A stretch of 61,569 nucleotides of DNA, the filler included, from Choristocarpus tenellus KU-1152 (lineage: Eukaryota > Protista > Phaeophyceae): the NCBI GenBank assembly GCA_964200185.2. It is 13 parts of 13 records of this genome, joined end to end, with 100 filler letters (N's around TTAATTAATTAA, not from the genome) between each part and the next. Parts side by side here need not be neighbours in the genome. Positions count along the whole stretch, not along the records: positions 32,048 to 36,192 come from CAXNAD020015991.1; positions 36,293 to 39,590 come from CAXNAD020020957.1; positions 39,691 to 43,289 come from CAXNAD020019033.1; positions 43,390 to 48,005 come from CAXNAD020013782.1; positions 48,106 to 55,269 come from CAXNAD020006594.1; 8 more parts are not named here. One strand, given 5' to 3'. This document shows, piece after piece, positions 35,167-48,342 of the stretch (position 1 is its first letter; each line of letters starts with the position of its first letter). The notes beneath the pieces are model-generated. The model was not told the origin of the DNA, did no database searches, and saw only the letters and a program-made list of their open reading frames with translations. Made by a program: the position numbers and the translations under genes.

Positions 35167-36170
35167 CTGTTGTTCAAGTCGGGCCAGGTAGGCAGACCAA
35201 GAATTGTTTTTGAGGAGGGAAGATGGGATGAGAGCTGGAGTAAGTGTGTATGTACCTGTAACGTTGGAGCTCCCGTGCTAATGTCCTCTCTGCTGTGCCT
35301 GTTTTGTGCGGCCTACATGCCACTCACTTCAACCACGTTGAGTTTGTACAAGGGTTTTATGTACTCTGAAGTAGTGGAAAAGAACTTCTACATTATACTT
35401 TGAGGTATGTCTTTGTTTGATTCAGGATGTAATGCATCGCTGGTATGTGAGCAACTCCAATGTCTCCTGCTTTAGTGCAAAGCACTGCTTCTAGAACCTT
35501 CAGATTTACTGGAACATTCAGGCAAACCAGGGAAGAAGGTTACAAATTTCCACTTGGCTATGACATGATCGACATGCAGCCACCAAAAGCATTGGCATTT
35601 CTTTTAATACACAAGGATTGATCGTAGATCTGGAGAAATGCCAGCTAAAAAATGAGATGAAGATCCAAATGGCGCTGAACAAATCTGGTATATCATTTCA
35701 CACTTTGGAGCTCTATGCCCACAATCTAGTGCGACTTGCATAGTCCAACTTGCTGTAACATAGCCGTACGCTGAAACATGCATTTGATCTCGACTCCAGT
35801 AACATACACATGCTAGTATACTTTTGAAGAATGCCTTCCTCGCAAGGCAGAGAGGTCCTTGTATATAAAAGCAAAGTCTTGAAAAACATCGTCACGGGAA
35901 AAAGATCCAGAAGAAGTGAAAATGCTAATAGAAGAAAATTGTTAGAATACTCTCTCACCTCTGCCTCCCACAAGGGCACGATTGCAAGCAGTGCCTCTTC
36001 CAAGTTGACAAACTTACGCCCACCACCTCCATGCCTGCAATGTCGTCACCAATAGGTACGCTGTAAAATATTTCAAACACGATATTCCAACATGTATGGA
36101 GGGTAGTTCACAGTATCACAGTATGCCCTACCTTTGGAGGAACGGTCACACAGGGAGCACAGTGTGCATT

Positions 36171-36192
36171 GGGTGAAAGTATCTGGGGGGGG
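36171..36192. mobile_element. MITE terminus (B-like with an A-like tip) at contig end
   Basis: GGGTGAAAGTATCTGGGGGGGG running into the gap. Confidence 0.7.
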
Positions 36193-36339
36193 NNNNNNNN
36201 NNNNNNNNNNNNNNNNNNNNNNNNNNNNNNNNNNNNTTAATTAATTAANNNNNNNNNNNNNNNNNNNNNNNNNNNNNNNNNNNNNNNNNNNNTTTGTTGG
36301 GTTCCCCCGCCCTGCTGTAGGGGCCCCCCCCCCCCGATT

Positions 36340-37257
36340 CCAGCCACAGTATTTTTTCCTTGATCGCTGGAAACAGATCCTCCGTGTACCAATCCAGGTA
36401 CTACTCGACATTGATGGAGACGTCGATCTTGTACTCCTGGCCTGTCATGTACCACGCTGCAGTTCATTGCGCCTCCTTCGTGACACAAACCTGCCAGATC
36501 CCAATCTTGCCATCGAAATCATGGGAAGGATCTAGGCGCGAAATGGCGGAGATGGACATCATTTTGGGAATGTGACTCTTGTGCTGCACCTTCGTCGAGT
36601 CCACCTTTTCCTCCCCTGGGAACATGTGTACCACCCTTCATTCACGGATGAGGTAGAACCATGCCTTGTTGATGTGAATGGTGTTGGGGCCAGTCCTGTA
36701 GGTTTTGCGGGTGTGGGAAGTCTGGTTGAAGATGAAGTCACCCTGATCTTTTTGTGAGAAAACAAAAGGCTAGGGGTGATACGCTGCTGAACCCTCGTTG
36801 CCCCCATGGCTTCGAGCCAGCGATGAAGCGTTGAGCTGCCAGCTGCGAAGCCCGCTTTGGCGAGCTTGGCTGAAAGTTGGTTGATAGTCAGTGTGCGATT
36901 ACTGGTGTTGGTTTCCCAGATCTTCACTTGTTTCGTTGGCGTAAAGTCTGACAAGCCATCCAGATCGTGCTTGTGATTCAGGGAGATGGTTTTCCTCCTG
37001 TCTAACTGTTCTTTGACACACGCCCACATCTGTCTAGGATGTCTCTCTCCCACTCCAAAATATTTCGCCAATTTAGACCCCACACCCCTCAGGAGCCTCC
37101 AGTGACCTGGAGGAAGAGTCAATGCATAACACAGAGCAAGTGCGGTCCAACCTTCATCGGTCAGCTCGCAGTTCTCTCCCAAAGACGGTGGGCTTTGTCC
37201 CGACGATGGGCTTTGGGGACTCGCCATGAGGGTTGTGAGAGTGTTGTGCGGCTCCAC
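36340..37257 (-). pseudogene. Tc1/mariner transposase pseudogene, plant-mariner (DD39D)-like
   Basis: HTH region (TLTINQLSAKL...SSTLHRWL...PSL), a frameshift near 36740, then TIHINKAWFY (compare VHIDEKWFY), KVQHKSHIPKMM, FDGKIGIW and LFPAIKEK, with three in-frame stops. Confidence 0.88.
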
Positions 37258-39552
37258 GTTGCAACAGGGACATTAAAAATTATAACAATATGCCCCATTC
37301 TGTGTTCCATTCTTTTGGAACCATTTAAGAACAGAAGTCTTTGTACTGTCCAGAGAGGCAGGGCCCAATCAGTCATGGGAGGTGTTCAGAATCACCAGTT
37401 GTGTCACGGTGGGGTGCTTCCAGCAAACCCAAAGCTCTCTCTGTCATCAAATCTTAGGGAAAGTTTTTATGGGGTCTAAGATCCGACAGGGGATACCACT
37501 TCTTTGTGAAAGTTCAACAGTAAGTGGTCTGAGGGTCCTCAAGATGTTTTCTGCGTTTGATATTGGCTGGAAAGTCACCAATGACAAAGAAACGCAATAC
37601 GCCTTTTTGTGCGTGCGGATGTGGATTGGAGTGAGATCAGCTCCCAAAGGGACCTCTTCGTCACAGCCAAAACTGGAGGAAGATCACACTCTGAAGTTAG
37701 GTTTCTACTATGTAGTAGTCTGTTTTGAGTGTGGGATTTGGATGATTCAATTATATGATTTTAGTAGGGTGTGGACCAGGCAGTGAAATATTAAGTATGC
37801 TATAGCAATATCCATCCTAGTAGATGGAGGATGTCCTTTGGGATATATTTGAGTGCCGCACCAATTGAGAGGCAGGTTTGGACCCTTTAGCAATCCAAGT
37901 AATATTTTTACCCTGTGTAATACATTCTACTTCATTGCTCTATGCAAGCAATATAGTATGCATAATTGATATTCCTCCTTTCCACACACAAAATGCCACC
38001 ACAATTCAGCTAAGGCCCTTTCTACAATTAATGATACAAAACTACATATTTGACCCTTCTTGGGATCCTAGAATGCAATCTTGCCTATCTGTCAATTGGC
38101 TTGGCTTTGAGTGTCTGTTAAAAGGGCATGGAATGGGGAGGATTGGGCATGAATTTCTTGGCCTCTCAAATTCAGTATTTTTCGAGTAACATATATTACT
38201 TGGGACTGTGAAAATGAAGGTTACAAAATGCAACCCCGTCTACTACTTCTCCAGTTGGTTTGACTCTTTGATACGTCATGTACATCACCTCATACCAGCA
38301 ACTAAGGTTGCCCAGGTCTCCAACACCGCCAGTATCAATATTTGGTTCATTCTCTTTTCTTTTTATGTTTGTTCTCCAGCACCTGTTGCACATTTCTTTA
38401 TTCTCCTCCCCTTTTATGTTTTTTGGGTGATGACGTTTTTCTTTTGGGATTCTATTCAATTACTTTCTATTTTATTCCTTCTTTTTCTTTTTCTTTTTTT
38501 TCTTCGACTGGTTCGATACTCTTTTATGGTCCTGTTTCATTTTTTTCATCTACTGTATATACATCGCCTTCTTCTCACTGTTTTTCCCATGGGTCTAGGG
38601 TCGCTCTAATAAATACAAACATAACCGTAGTTAAATACGTAGAGTCATGATCGCACTCTAAATTGCACGTATCGACATACGCCGTATGTTAACTTTTCTA
38701 TAATAGAGAAGTTTTGGCGATAATTTAGGTGCCTGGTGACAAGGTCCAGGAGGCATAATGCCAATACATGAGATGCCTGCACCTGCCCTAGGGTGCGAGG
38801 ATGACAAGTTCGCCAGCACATGCAAATGATGAAATAGCTCGGCCAACTTTGTAGGGTAATGAGCATCCCTTGCACTATGATGGAGGATGGCAGCCCGTTC
38901 ACAGTAAGACTGGAATTTTCCCATGGAGGTGATGTTTGATAGTGGGGTGCTCTCAGACATCGATTCAGCTCCCTACCAAAACAAATGCCTCCCTGTGAGT
39001 GTTGCTTTTGCAGAGGTCCAAGCAGCCTGCCATCTGCCCCCCTCATCCACCAACAATGGTGTATCTGCTGCTGCAGCCGAGGTGCAAAAGTGCACCCACT
39101 ACGAGAGGGATCTTTTGACCCCTGTAGTTTCTAAATGTCTACACCTTTGCAGTGGAAAGTTTGGCGCCTTGGGAATCAACGAGAGAGTTTCCTGGATGAG
39201 TCGACCACCCATGCAGTAGGGGGAAGGGGAGTGGGAGGATACTGAAGGAAAGGGGCTGTCAAGTCTCGTATGAGGTAGATAATGCATATCACTGCACAAG
39301 CGGCTCTCTCCCGATGCGCAATGCTTTTCAAGCTAGAAACACCAGACAGATGGGCAAGAAGAGGCCTGTCAGAATCTTGGGATGATTCCCTAGCTCCTCA
39401 ACCTCATTCATAGGGTAAGGTAGATTGAAGCATAGCAGCAGTGTACACATCCACACATTGCTGTTGTAGTTACCAAGCTTTTAGAGGGAGGATTGTTGTA
39501 TTCGTAGTTTTTAAGTAGTACATATTTTTAAGAGAGGTGTTTTTTTTATTAA

Positions 39553-39590
39553 GACCCAAAGTATCTGGGAGGGGGGGGGGATCTACACCA
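39553..39590. mobile_element. MITE family B, partial at contig end
   Basis: GACCCAAAGTATCTGGGAG(n)ATCTACACCA. Confidence 0.88.
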
Positions 39591-39690
39591 NNNNNNNNNN
39601 NNNNNNNNNNNNNNNNNNNNNNNNNNNNNNNNNNTTAATTAATTAANNNNNNNNNNNNNNNNNNNNNNNNNNNNNNNNNNNNNNNNNNNN

Positions 39691-39928
39691 GTACAAGTTC
39701 TGCCCTGTTTGTCCATTTGGGGCTTGACTTCCCTCGGGGTTTTGATGACATTTCCTACTCCAAAATATTTCGGAGTAGGTAAATGTATACGTTAAGAAAA
39801 GGTGTCTCTCCGGAACAAGGATATTGACACTTCCTAACAAACATGATAGTTAAAAATACATCAAAATCGCAACGTTGGGTTTTGGTCGCCAAATGGACGA
39901 GGCTCTACCCTCTAAGATACTTTGGCTC
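39691..39928. mobile_element. MITE family A, nearly complete, left TIR cut by the gap
   Basis: The body matches family A and ends TACCCTCTAAGATACTTTGGCTC. Confidence 0.92.
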
Positions 39929-40745
39929 ACAATTTTGACGGAATGCTTAAGACTGCTAAGCAAGCTTGAAGGATGTTTGAGAAAAGTGGTGATACTGTTT
40001 AGGCAGAGTTCTGTTGGAAATGGTATCAGCAACTGGTGGCAGTGAGGCTGTGCCAGAATATCGGTGGTGCTGGGACTATGTTGGGAAGTGGTGCGACAGT
40101 GGTGAAGGGGGGGTTGACTTCTGGGCTTTGGCGACAAGCAGCAGTAGTGGGGGGATAGACTTGGGGAATCAGTTGTGACAACACAGCTGTCAGTGTAGTG
40201 CTCAGTAGTCTTTGACAGCAGTGCCATGCACATAGGTGTACCATCACATTGGACCGTATTGGCAAATCTTTGTTTAGATTTGAGGTAATTATTATTAATG
40301 GAATTTATTTTTGTGTCAAGTCCTCGAATCTTGAGCTTCTGATGCACTAACCAAACAAAACTGTCAACCCTGGTCTTGTATCATGACCTTGAGCAAATTT
40401 GGAGTAATGATGATGATCCCAGCACTCTTCAGAAAATTGGTTAGGGTAGAATATTATCCACTGCTCGGAATGAAGGGAGCTAGCTGCTCTTGTCCATGAG
40501 GACAATCTTTACCTAACTATATGGTGACAATCGGTGGCAATTGATTCTTCCTTTTGACTGTGGACTTTCAACCACTCTATATTATACTAAAAAATGACCC
40601 TTTGTCCTGTAATACTTCTTTTTACCTCTTCTCTTGTGTACTTCACAAAAGTACAATACCAACTGTACCGTTTCCTATCACACGAAGTGTCGACAGAGCA
40701 ATATGCAAACCATTGTTTGACAAGCAAGATTCCATCGTCAGGACC

Positions 40746-42323
40746 TCATCCAAACAACCTCTCCGTTTTCTTCATTGTACTTGTAGTATGCTGTGAGCTT
40801 CCTCCTGAGTTCATCAAATCCAACCTCCCTCTCCACATACTCTTCAGATCCCCCTGGTCCCTTGGCATGCCCATCCGCTTAAAGTCAGTGTAAGGGTCGC
40901 CGTAGAAGTCATCATGCAGACCAGCATCCCCTGTCCAGTCAGTGTTGCCCTCCAACTCTCCAAGGCCATAATATGAACGAAGCATGTTTTGCAATATGCA
41001 ACAAGTGAAAAATATGTTATCTATCTTCTTCCTGTACGAATATAATAGTGACAGCTTGAGGATTCTGAAGCGGCCCTTGACTCTGCCAAAAAAGCACTCG
41101 GCATCCTTGCATACTCCCTCCACTTGTTCGCTCCACCTTGCCTGCGCCCGTGTGACAGATGCCTTTAAGGGGTATACTGTGCACCTCCACTGCAAAAGCA
41201 AAGAACAGGTTGGGCAAAGTACTATTGGCTTGCTAGTTTCATGAACACTCATTTATACAGGAGCAATAAATAACATAGACATGGCCCTACAGTCACTTAT
41301 TTCCCGTCACCTTGTGGTAGCCCCCATCAACAAGGGCATAGGCTCCTTTCTCGGTGAAATAGTTCCTGTGGGAGTCCTTGAGGTTCTACTCCAGCTGTCT
41401 GTACGTGGGGCTAACCCTAAATTTCTGGATAGCACCATCATATCGAATGACACTCTCGAGTGAAAGTATCTTAGAGGGTACGAGTTTTGCCCTGTTTGTC
41501 CATTTGGGGCTGGCTTCCCATGGGTTCTTTTATGACATTTTTCGTACTCAAATGTGTGTAGGACCAGGTAAAGTGCATATGTTATGAAAAGGTGTCAGGA
41601 ACACGGATTTGACACTTGCTAACAAACACGATAGTTAAAATTACATCCAAATCGCAACATTGGATTTTGGCCCCCAAATGAACGAGGCTCTACCCTCTAA
41701 GATACTTTGGCTCTCTCGGCGTTTTGGCTCCAGGAAATACAGCAGTCACTCCCCATGCAAATGCAGAATGGCCAACAGTCACTTCATACGCGACCGTCGC
41801 GTAACCTATTGAGGTAGCCCTTTCACACACAACAAACTCTACCGGCAGGTATGCTCACCTTGAGCTTCATGGTTATGGCAGGGCGTCCAGTGGCATCTGC
41901 GGTTCGACAACCAATCCACCCCTGCCTTTGTACCTCCTTCACCAAATCTTCGAAGAAAGCAAATGGGACACGGAACCGCCTCGTAAATTTCAATGCCTCC
42001 CGCGAAGGGATGTCTCTGAGCTTCCTCTCTCCCCAGCATCACCCCCTACAAGCTCGCCAGGTAAACGGTCCAATTGTGGGGGAAGCGAAACCTGCGAAAT
42101 GATGGACGTTCTTTGCCCTCATCCTCCTCGTCCATCAAAGCATAGATGAGCAATATACAGTTGCGTCTATCATCTGCATAGACCTTGCCTGCAACCTGAA
42201 GGTAGATCCATCAAAAGACGAACTAGAAGACGACGAACTAGAAGACGAAGAACTTGAGGATGAGGAACCTGAGGATGATGATGACATTTGGTCTCTCTCA
42301 CTCTCTTCATCCGTTTTGTCCAT
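40746..42323 (-). pseudogene. PIF/Harbinger (DDE_Tnp_4-like) transposase pseudogene with introns, interrupted by a MITE
   Basis: Segments: KFTRRFRVPFAFFEDLV...DATGRPAITMKLK (donor after 41859); GYATVAYEVTVGH...FPGAK [MITE] SVIRYD...AYALVDGGYHK; intron 41310-41190; WRCTVYPLK...WSEQVEGVCKDAECFFGRVKGRFRILK...IDNIFFTCCILQNML. Stops and frameshifts are present and the first-Asp region appears to be missing. Confidence 0.88.
41458..41713. mobile_element. MITE family A, full length, TSD TCTC, inside the Harbinger transposase
   Basis: TCTC-GAGTGAAAGTATCTTAGAGGGTA...TACCCTCTAAGATACTTTGGCTC-TCTC. Confidence 0.95.
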
Positions 42324-43132
42324 CTTGAACCAGATGTCCTATACATAATAACTCTGTAGCTCCAAGTACATTGCTACGAACAGCAACAAAAGGCAAATTG
42401 AAACAGTGTCAGGGACAAGTGCCTTTTTGGGATCTCCGACACACACATTTGTGTATAAGACACGTGCCAACCACGTCATTTGAACTCACCCATACCAACC
42501 AGTCCAATAAACCAACCACACCCAAAAGATTCGGATTCGACCAAACAGCCAAAATGGACTGTCAGAACGAAGATCCATTCCGATTCTGACTGATCCATTT
42601 CTCTGCAGTGACATTGCTCAGTCATTCTGGGACATCTGTTGTGTTTGAGGTTTTTGTTCTGTTCTGGATTCCCTCATCTGACTTTGACATGTTGGGGCAA
42701 GACCTTTGAAACTTGGTCTCACCCTCTGAGGTGGAAGAGTTTGTTGAAATATTCCACACTGGACCCGCGGCTTTGGTGCTTTGATGGAGGACAACGAACA
42801 GCTTCATGTAGATGAGCAAAGTTAATATTGCAACAGGGCTTGTGGTCTCGATTCCGCTGACTGACTATGTGGTTAAGACTATAGCCTAGACTACCATTAT
42901 TATTTCCATAGTGTGGGGTTTGTAATCATCCATACTTATTTACTATGAATCACTTATTCACTTGTCTTAAGTATAGAAAGTGTATCTTGAACATGATATA
43001 AAAATCAATCAACACTATGAGTCAGTACATACAGTAGGTTACCCGACTTTGTTCACCCATGGGCATGCCCGAAAAATGCAGTACAGAATTGATGTGGTAC
43101 AATATATATATTGTACCACTTGGTACAAGAAC

Positions 43133-43272
43133 GGGAAATCAATCATGGAGTTGACTAACAATCGTGGCATTCCTGGGAAATCAATCGTGGAATCGAGTAA
43201 TTAATCGTGGTGAGCTGGAAAATCAATCGTGGAATTGAGTAATTAATCGTAGCGAGCTGGGAAATCAATCAT
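43133..43272. repeat. 42-bp tandem repeat, about 3.3 copies
   Basis: GGRAAATCAATC recurs at 43133, 43175, 43217 and 43259, with an internal AATCGTGG subrepeat. Confidence 0.9.
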
Positions 43273-43389
43273 AAGCTTCATGGATAGGANNNNNNNNNNN
43301 NNNNNNNNNNNNNNNNNNNNNNNNNNNNNNNNNTTAATTAATTAANNNNNNNNNNNNNNNNNNNNNNNNNNNNNNNNNNNNNNNNNNNN

Positions 43390-44867
43390 CTGCAGCCCTT
43401 CACCTTGGCCTAGTAGAGCACCACACCCTTGCCCCCCCCAGGTATCCCACCCATCCCACCCTGCAACAACAGAGTTTTCCACGGGATCCTCTGACACCAT
43501 GACAGTTGTTGTGCTTGTTAAACTGGATGTTTTTGATCGCCGTGCACTCCCCCCTGCAATGTCACCCCAGCCTCCCCAGTACCCACAACCAGGCTCTGCT
43601 GGCATCCTCTTGAGTGTGTTGTACTGCTCAAAGCTCTCACTCCCAATTGGGGCTTTGCTATCGCCCCAACAAGAAACTCGCTCATTTACCTCAGTGCAGT
43701 TGTCAGACCTGTACTGGGAAGACTTTGACACAGCTGATGGAAGATTGAAAGAGTTGTCCTCATCCATCCCATCAGGATCTTCAATTCCTGCAAAGGCTTT
43801 GTCGTACAGACTGAGGGGTGCTGGCTCCCTAAAGAGGAGTCGCCTCTGTTCCTCCAGGTATCGCACCCTTTCCTACTCATAGAAATGACCAAGTTCATGA
43901 AAAAGCATGCAATTGAAGGGGGCGAGACATGCCGATATAGAAACCAGTGGTGTTAGGGGGCTAAGGGATCTATGAGGTGGGCAGGGGTCGACCAATGATA
44001 TGTGATCAAGGAAGAGTGATGTAAGAGAAATATGTTGTAATGAGGTATTTATTAACATTGAGTAGAATCAACCTCACTGCAGAGTAAGTGGTTACAGGAC
44101 ACTGCACTGAGTCGGTCATGGTGGCCGCTCATGGCGCCCCTTGTTAAGGTCGAATAGACCCTGGATCTACACAACTTTGCGAAGTGATATCAATTATGGT
44201 TGAGTTGCGATAAAGGAGTTTGGAAAGGAAGTTACGTTCTCACAGAGATTCATCAAATAACCCATTCTTTAGAAATGGCACTCATCACGTGTCACTTCGA
44301 ATTAAAAACTGCTCACGCTTACAATGATCTGAATCTGGGGGAAATGACCAGTATCCGAACCTAAAGAGCTCAATAGTACTGTGCGATCCAAGTGCGCCGG
44401 GGGGAGCTGGATAACGAAGACCAATCATGAAACAAAAAATCGGGTAATTCCAACCACATGAGATCATTGTCGATCTAGATGATCCAACACATCCAAATCT
44501 TTGAAAAGAGGAGGTGGTCGAATGCTCAGTTCCTAGATACAGTTGTGGTCCTTACCTGTAACTTTTCTGCATCGCAGGGTGTCTTCGCATTCTTGATCAT
44601 CTCATGTATCTTCGACAATGCCTTGTTTACGCTGCATATCTGGCGGAATGGCCATCGAGTAATGCCCATCTTCCTGCACAGTCGTTTTACTATGGTGGTA
44701 GACACACCCAATGCGCGACCAGCCTCGTCCAGTGGGCGATCGAAGTACCTCTCGAGGGTAGCACGGGTGACCGTCTTCGATACACCCCTGGGTCCCATCC
44801 CTCTATAACGCTCTTCCGAAGAGGATGCCCTCAGAGAGGGTGCCTGGCGCCGAGGTCGAGGACTCAT
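43390..44867 (-). CDS. RWP-RK domain transcription factor (NIN/RKD-like), partial, 2 exons
   Basis: Exon 44867-44556: MSPRPRR...VTRATLERYFDRPLDEAGRALGVSTTIVKRLCRKMGITRWPFRQICSV...AEKLQ, then GTAAGG. Exon from 43872 to the gap: ERVRYLEEQRRLLF..., joined in phase 0. Classic RWP-RK signature. Confidence 0.93.
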
Positions 44868-47800
44868 CCGATGCCTACCCAAACTTCTACGTCCCTCAGC
44901 TCGAGACGTTCAGATCTTCCCTTCGTGAAAGCGAACCACAGGTCAATGAAGGTAGCGTTCACAGCGCGCATCCGGTGTGGGTGAGGCGTAGATAAGTTGG
45001 GGGAAAGTGGATCTTTATTGGGCTCGGATGTGGTATCTCCAATCACGAGAACAAGTGATTACGAGTGAGGTAGGCAGGTAGTTTCGCAACATGACATGAA
45101 TAAGCCAAGAGAGAATAAGGGCAGTTGAAGGGAAGTAATGTTAGAGGAAAAGAAAAGAAGAACAGAGATTGGTCAAGACCGAGGGTGTGGAATGATCTCG
45201 AAACACCACCTCATGTCACGCCATTCCCATCCTCTGTCTTTGTTTCAAAGTTTCAAAGTTCAAAACAATGACAGAAGAAGGTATAGCACATTTTATCATA
45301 AAATAGTCCTGATCTATATTGTCATTCTCTGTTGTGGGGACATGTAGAACGACTATCCAAATTAGTGTGGACCACCCACTGTTCGTGATACCTCTTTTCC
45401 CCTCAACCATGTGTATCCATCATGCATGTTTATCATCCTCCGGTTGAGGCAGAAAGGTGGTGTGCAAATGATAATAGGATCAAATTGGATGATTAATCAA
45501 TAATGTAAATATTATCCTTCTACACTCTACGACCCAGAATGATGATGTGTGGGTGGTGCGATGGTCCAACATCGCGTATCTTCTTGTCCACCTATAACCG
45601 CAACTTCAATACCTATAAATTAAAATACGCACCTCGAATGTAGAATACTAGATGGTAGGTAATGAAGATTTATAGTAGAACTTCCTAATGTTAGGCTTTT
45701 AAAACTCATAATTTGATTTGATACCTATCCTACGACATGTTGGTTTGATGCAGACTGTAACGAATGATGTTCAAAACCTTGTACAATCTATTATGGAGAA
45801 GGAACCAACATTCATCGATCTCACCCACCCATCTTGGACAAAGAAAATACAAAAATCGAGAAAAAATTATGTGCGTATAATAATATATAGCATGATGAAT
45901 AGTGAAAAAGTAATATTATTACACACATCCACAAAAAAAATATAAGAAAATATGTACGTATTAAAAAAAATGCGTTTCATAGTAGGATGTAATAAATATA
46001 ATAAAGTAGTATGTAGTGATGAACATAAAATAGGACAAAAGCTGGGATACAGTAGTACTTACGTATATGTAGGTTTACCAACCAATCGGTTCCAGTATGA
46101 AACAGAGCCAAATCCTAGGTCCAATGCTTTCTGTCCATTCAGAAAAAGTTTATAAACACAATAATATAATAGGAAAGAGACTGATAAGAACAAGGAAAGG
46201 AGTAAGAAAAAAAACTGAGCAGATCCACGGCACCATGACGAAGGGCAGACACCAGTAGTACCAGTACCAAGGGGGTGTGTGCTTAAAAATATCTACGCAT
46301 CATGCCATTTCACCTTAAATCCTTCCTGTTGTCACGCAGTTTTCACTATAATAGTATCCCAGAAAATTCCTTACTGGGATTAAGTTGGTCCGCTGTGAAG
46401 GCAATTTGCATGTTATCAACCTCCTCCTAAGTTACCTCGCTGTTGCTGCTTGTTATTTATTGTTTGAAGTAGAAGATCATCAACAGTCGACTTGTAAGCC
46501 AAGAAATATTCAAATACAGTTGTCGGTGGTGGGTTGGGTAGAACGTCCTGTTGATTGACCAACATCTTCCCCACCTTCTGGACTCGCTTCTGACAATATG
46601 GTCAAATCGTCTCAGGTGGACCGATCAATACGATGTGGTGGTCCGATTTCAAGGTATGAAGCGTCATAATTTTTGAACAAGACTTGGGTAGGGTTGATGC
46701 GTGAGGATGTAGTCAAAACAATGAATAGTATCCACGCCCCTAGGAATCAAGTAGGTGTGGTTTCATTTTTTCCTTCAGTATACTAAAAAACAAGTGTGCA
46801 GTTCTTTTTTCTTCTCAAACCTCACCAAGCTCATGCCATTCTTGCTCCGATTTCCACGACCATAAGGTCCAAGCACCAAACTATCCCTAACTCCTCCCCT
46901 TCGCGTCTCTTTCCCATGTAGGCATCCACATCCATCCATAAGGAACAATTTGTTCTCAAAGGGTTTTTTCTCCATAGTTTTGTACAGGGTCGTCTAGAAC
47001 GTCCTTCTACACACTCTTTCTTTCTCCGTCTTTTCACCCCTCTCTTCAGGATCGATTGGAGAGTATCCTACAATGAGTGTCGCTCATTGGATACGCCTAT
47101 CTGCAGGATCTAAACTTTCAGCAGCCAGTTGCTGATATATTCTACAGTGAATTTTTCTTGCTTTGCAACAACTTCTGCACTGCCAGTGCCACAAGATATA
47201 TCTCTTTCTGTACTACCCTCAACTCCACTGCATCAGACAGCATACCCATAACTTATATTTATATTGACCGCATGGTCTTGTGAAGCTCAATTACATTACA
47301 TCCAAGGGACGTAGCTTGCAGGAGCAGGGTATCCACATTCCTTGTTCCATTCAGACTAAAGCACTTCCCACCATCCAAAAAGAGAAAACCATTGAACTTT
47401 TATTACTACTAAGGTAAATGCTGTAGAGTAGTTTATGCTGGATGCTTTTTTTTCCTTGTCATTTCGTGATTTGAACCATTGTCTGGAAGATACTGCATAT
47501 ACCGCAAACATGAGAAGGACGGACATGAATACATTAGGTGTCCTCATCAATTGACTTGTTAGAACTTGTCATCAGTTCGGGAAATTTGCATGGTAAATCT
47601 TGAAGCAGTTGACGACTATGTAGTACCATGTACCTGGCCTATTAGAGTATGCTGGTACTTTGCAAACCGGCCATGTTAAAATAGCTGATGGCGATGGACA
47701 AAAAGAGTAAATTTATCTGGAACAACAGTGGTCAACATGTGTCGGTCTCGCCTACATAACTATTCTTACCATGTGTTTTCCAACCTATACCAGATACATG

Positions 47801-47983
47801 TGGAAACCAGCATGTTTTGGATCATTCCCTTCAGCACTCCTTTCCACCAGTCACATTTGATCAAACAAATTAACATCTGATGGGGCCTGCATCATTACCA
47901 CCTGTGAAATTTTGAAAAATGTCTGGCCCACAAACTGCACAGGTTGCAATACTTGATGAGCCTGGTCTGGATATGTCAGACAT

Positions 47984-48005
47984 GACCCAAAGTATCTGGG
48001 AGGGG
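47984..48005. mobile_element. MITE family B terminus at contig end
   Basis: GACCCAAAGTATCTGGGAGGGG. Confidence 0.85.
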
Positions 48006-48342
48006 NNNNNNNNNNNNNNNNNNNNNNNNNNNNNNNNNNNNNNNNNNNNTTAATTAATTAANNNNNNNNNNNNNNNNNNNNNNNNNNNNNNNNNNNNNNN
48101 NNNNNCATGGGGTACGCCAGGTTCTAGAGAATCGAAGGTGTGTAACTGAATTTCGTTGTGTTACGAGTTCAGGAGGGAGAGATCTCTTGTGCGTCCACTA
48201 TCGTAGGTATTCTTGTACAACGGTACCCGTTACTAGATTCACCTGCAGCGACCTCCACCTGCAACCCCCTGTGCGACGGTGGTATGAATGAACGTCTTCC
48301 GCTTCCTATGCATTTTGTACGTCTCCTTCTTCATCCACAAAG

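Noticed and set aside
42135-42323. Separate Ser-rich small protein
   Set aside because: Better explained as the frameshifted N-terminus of the Harbinger transposase.
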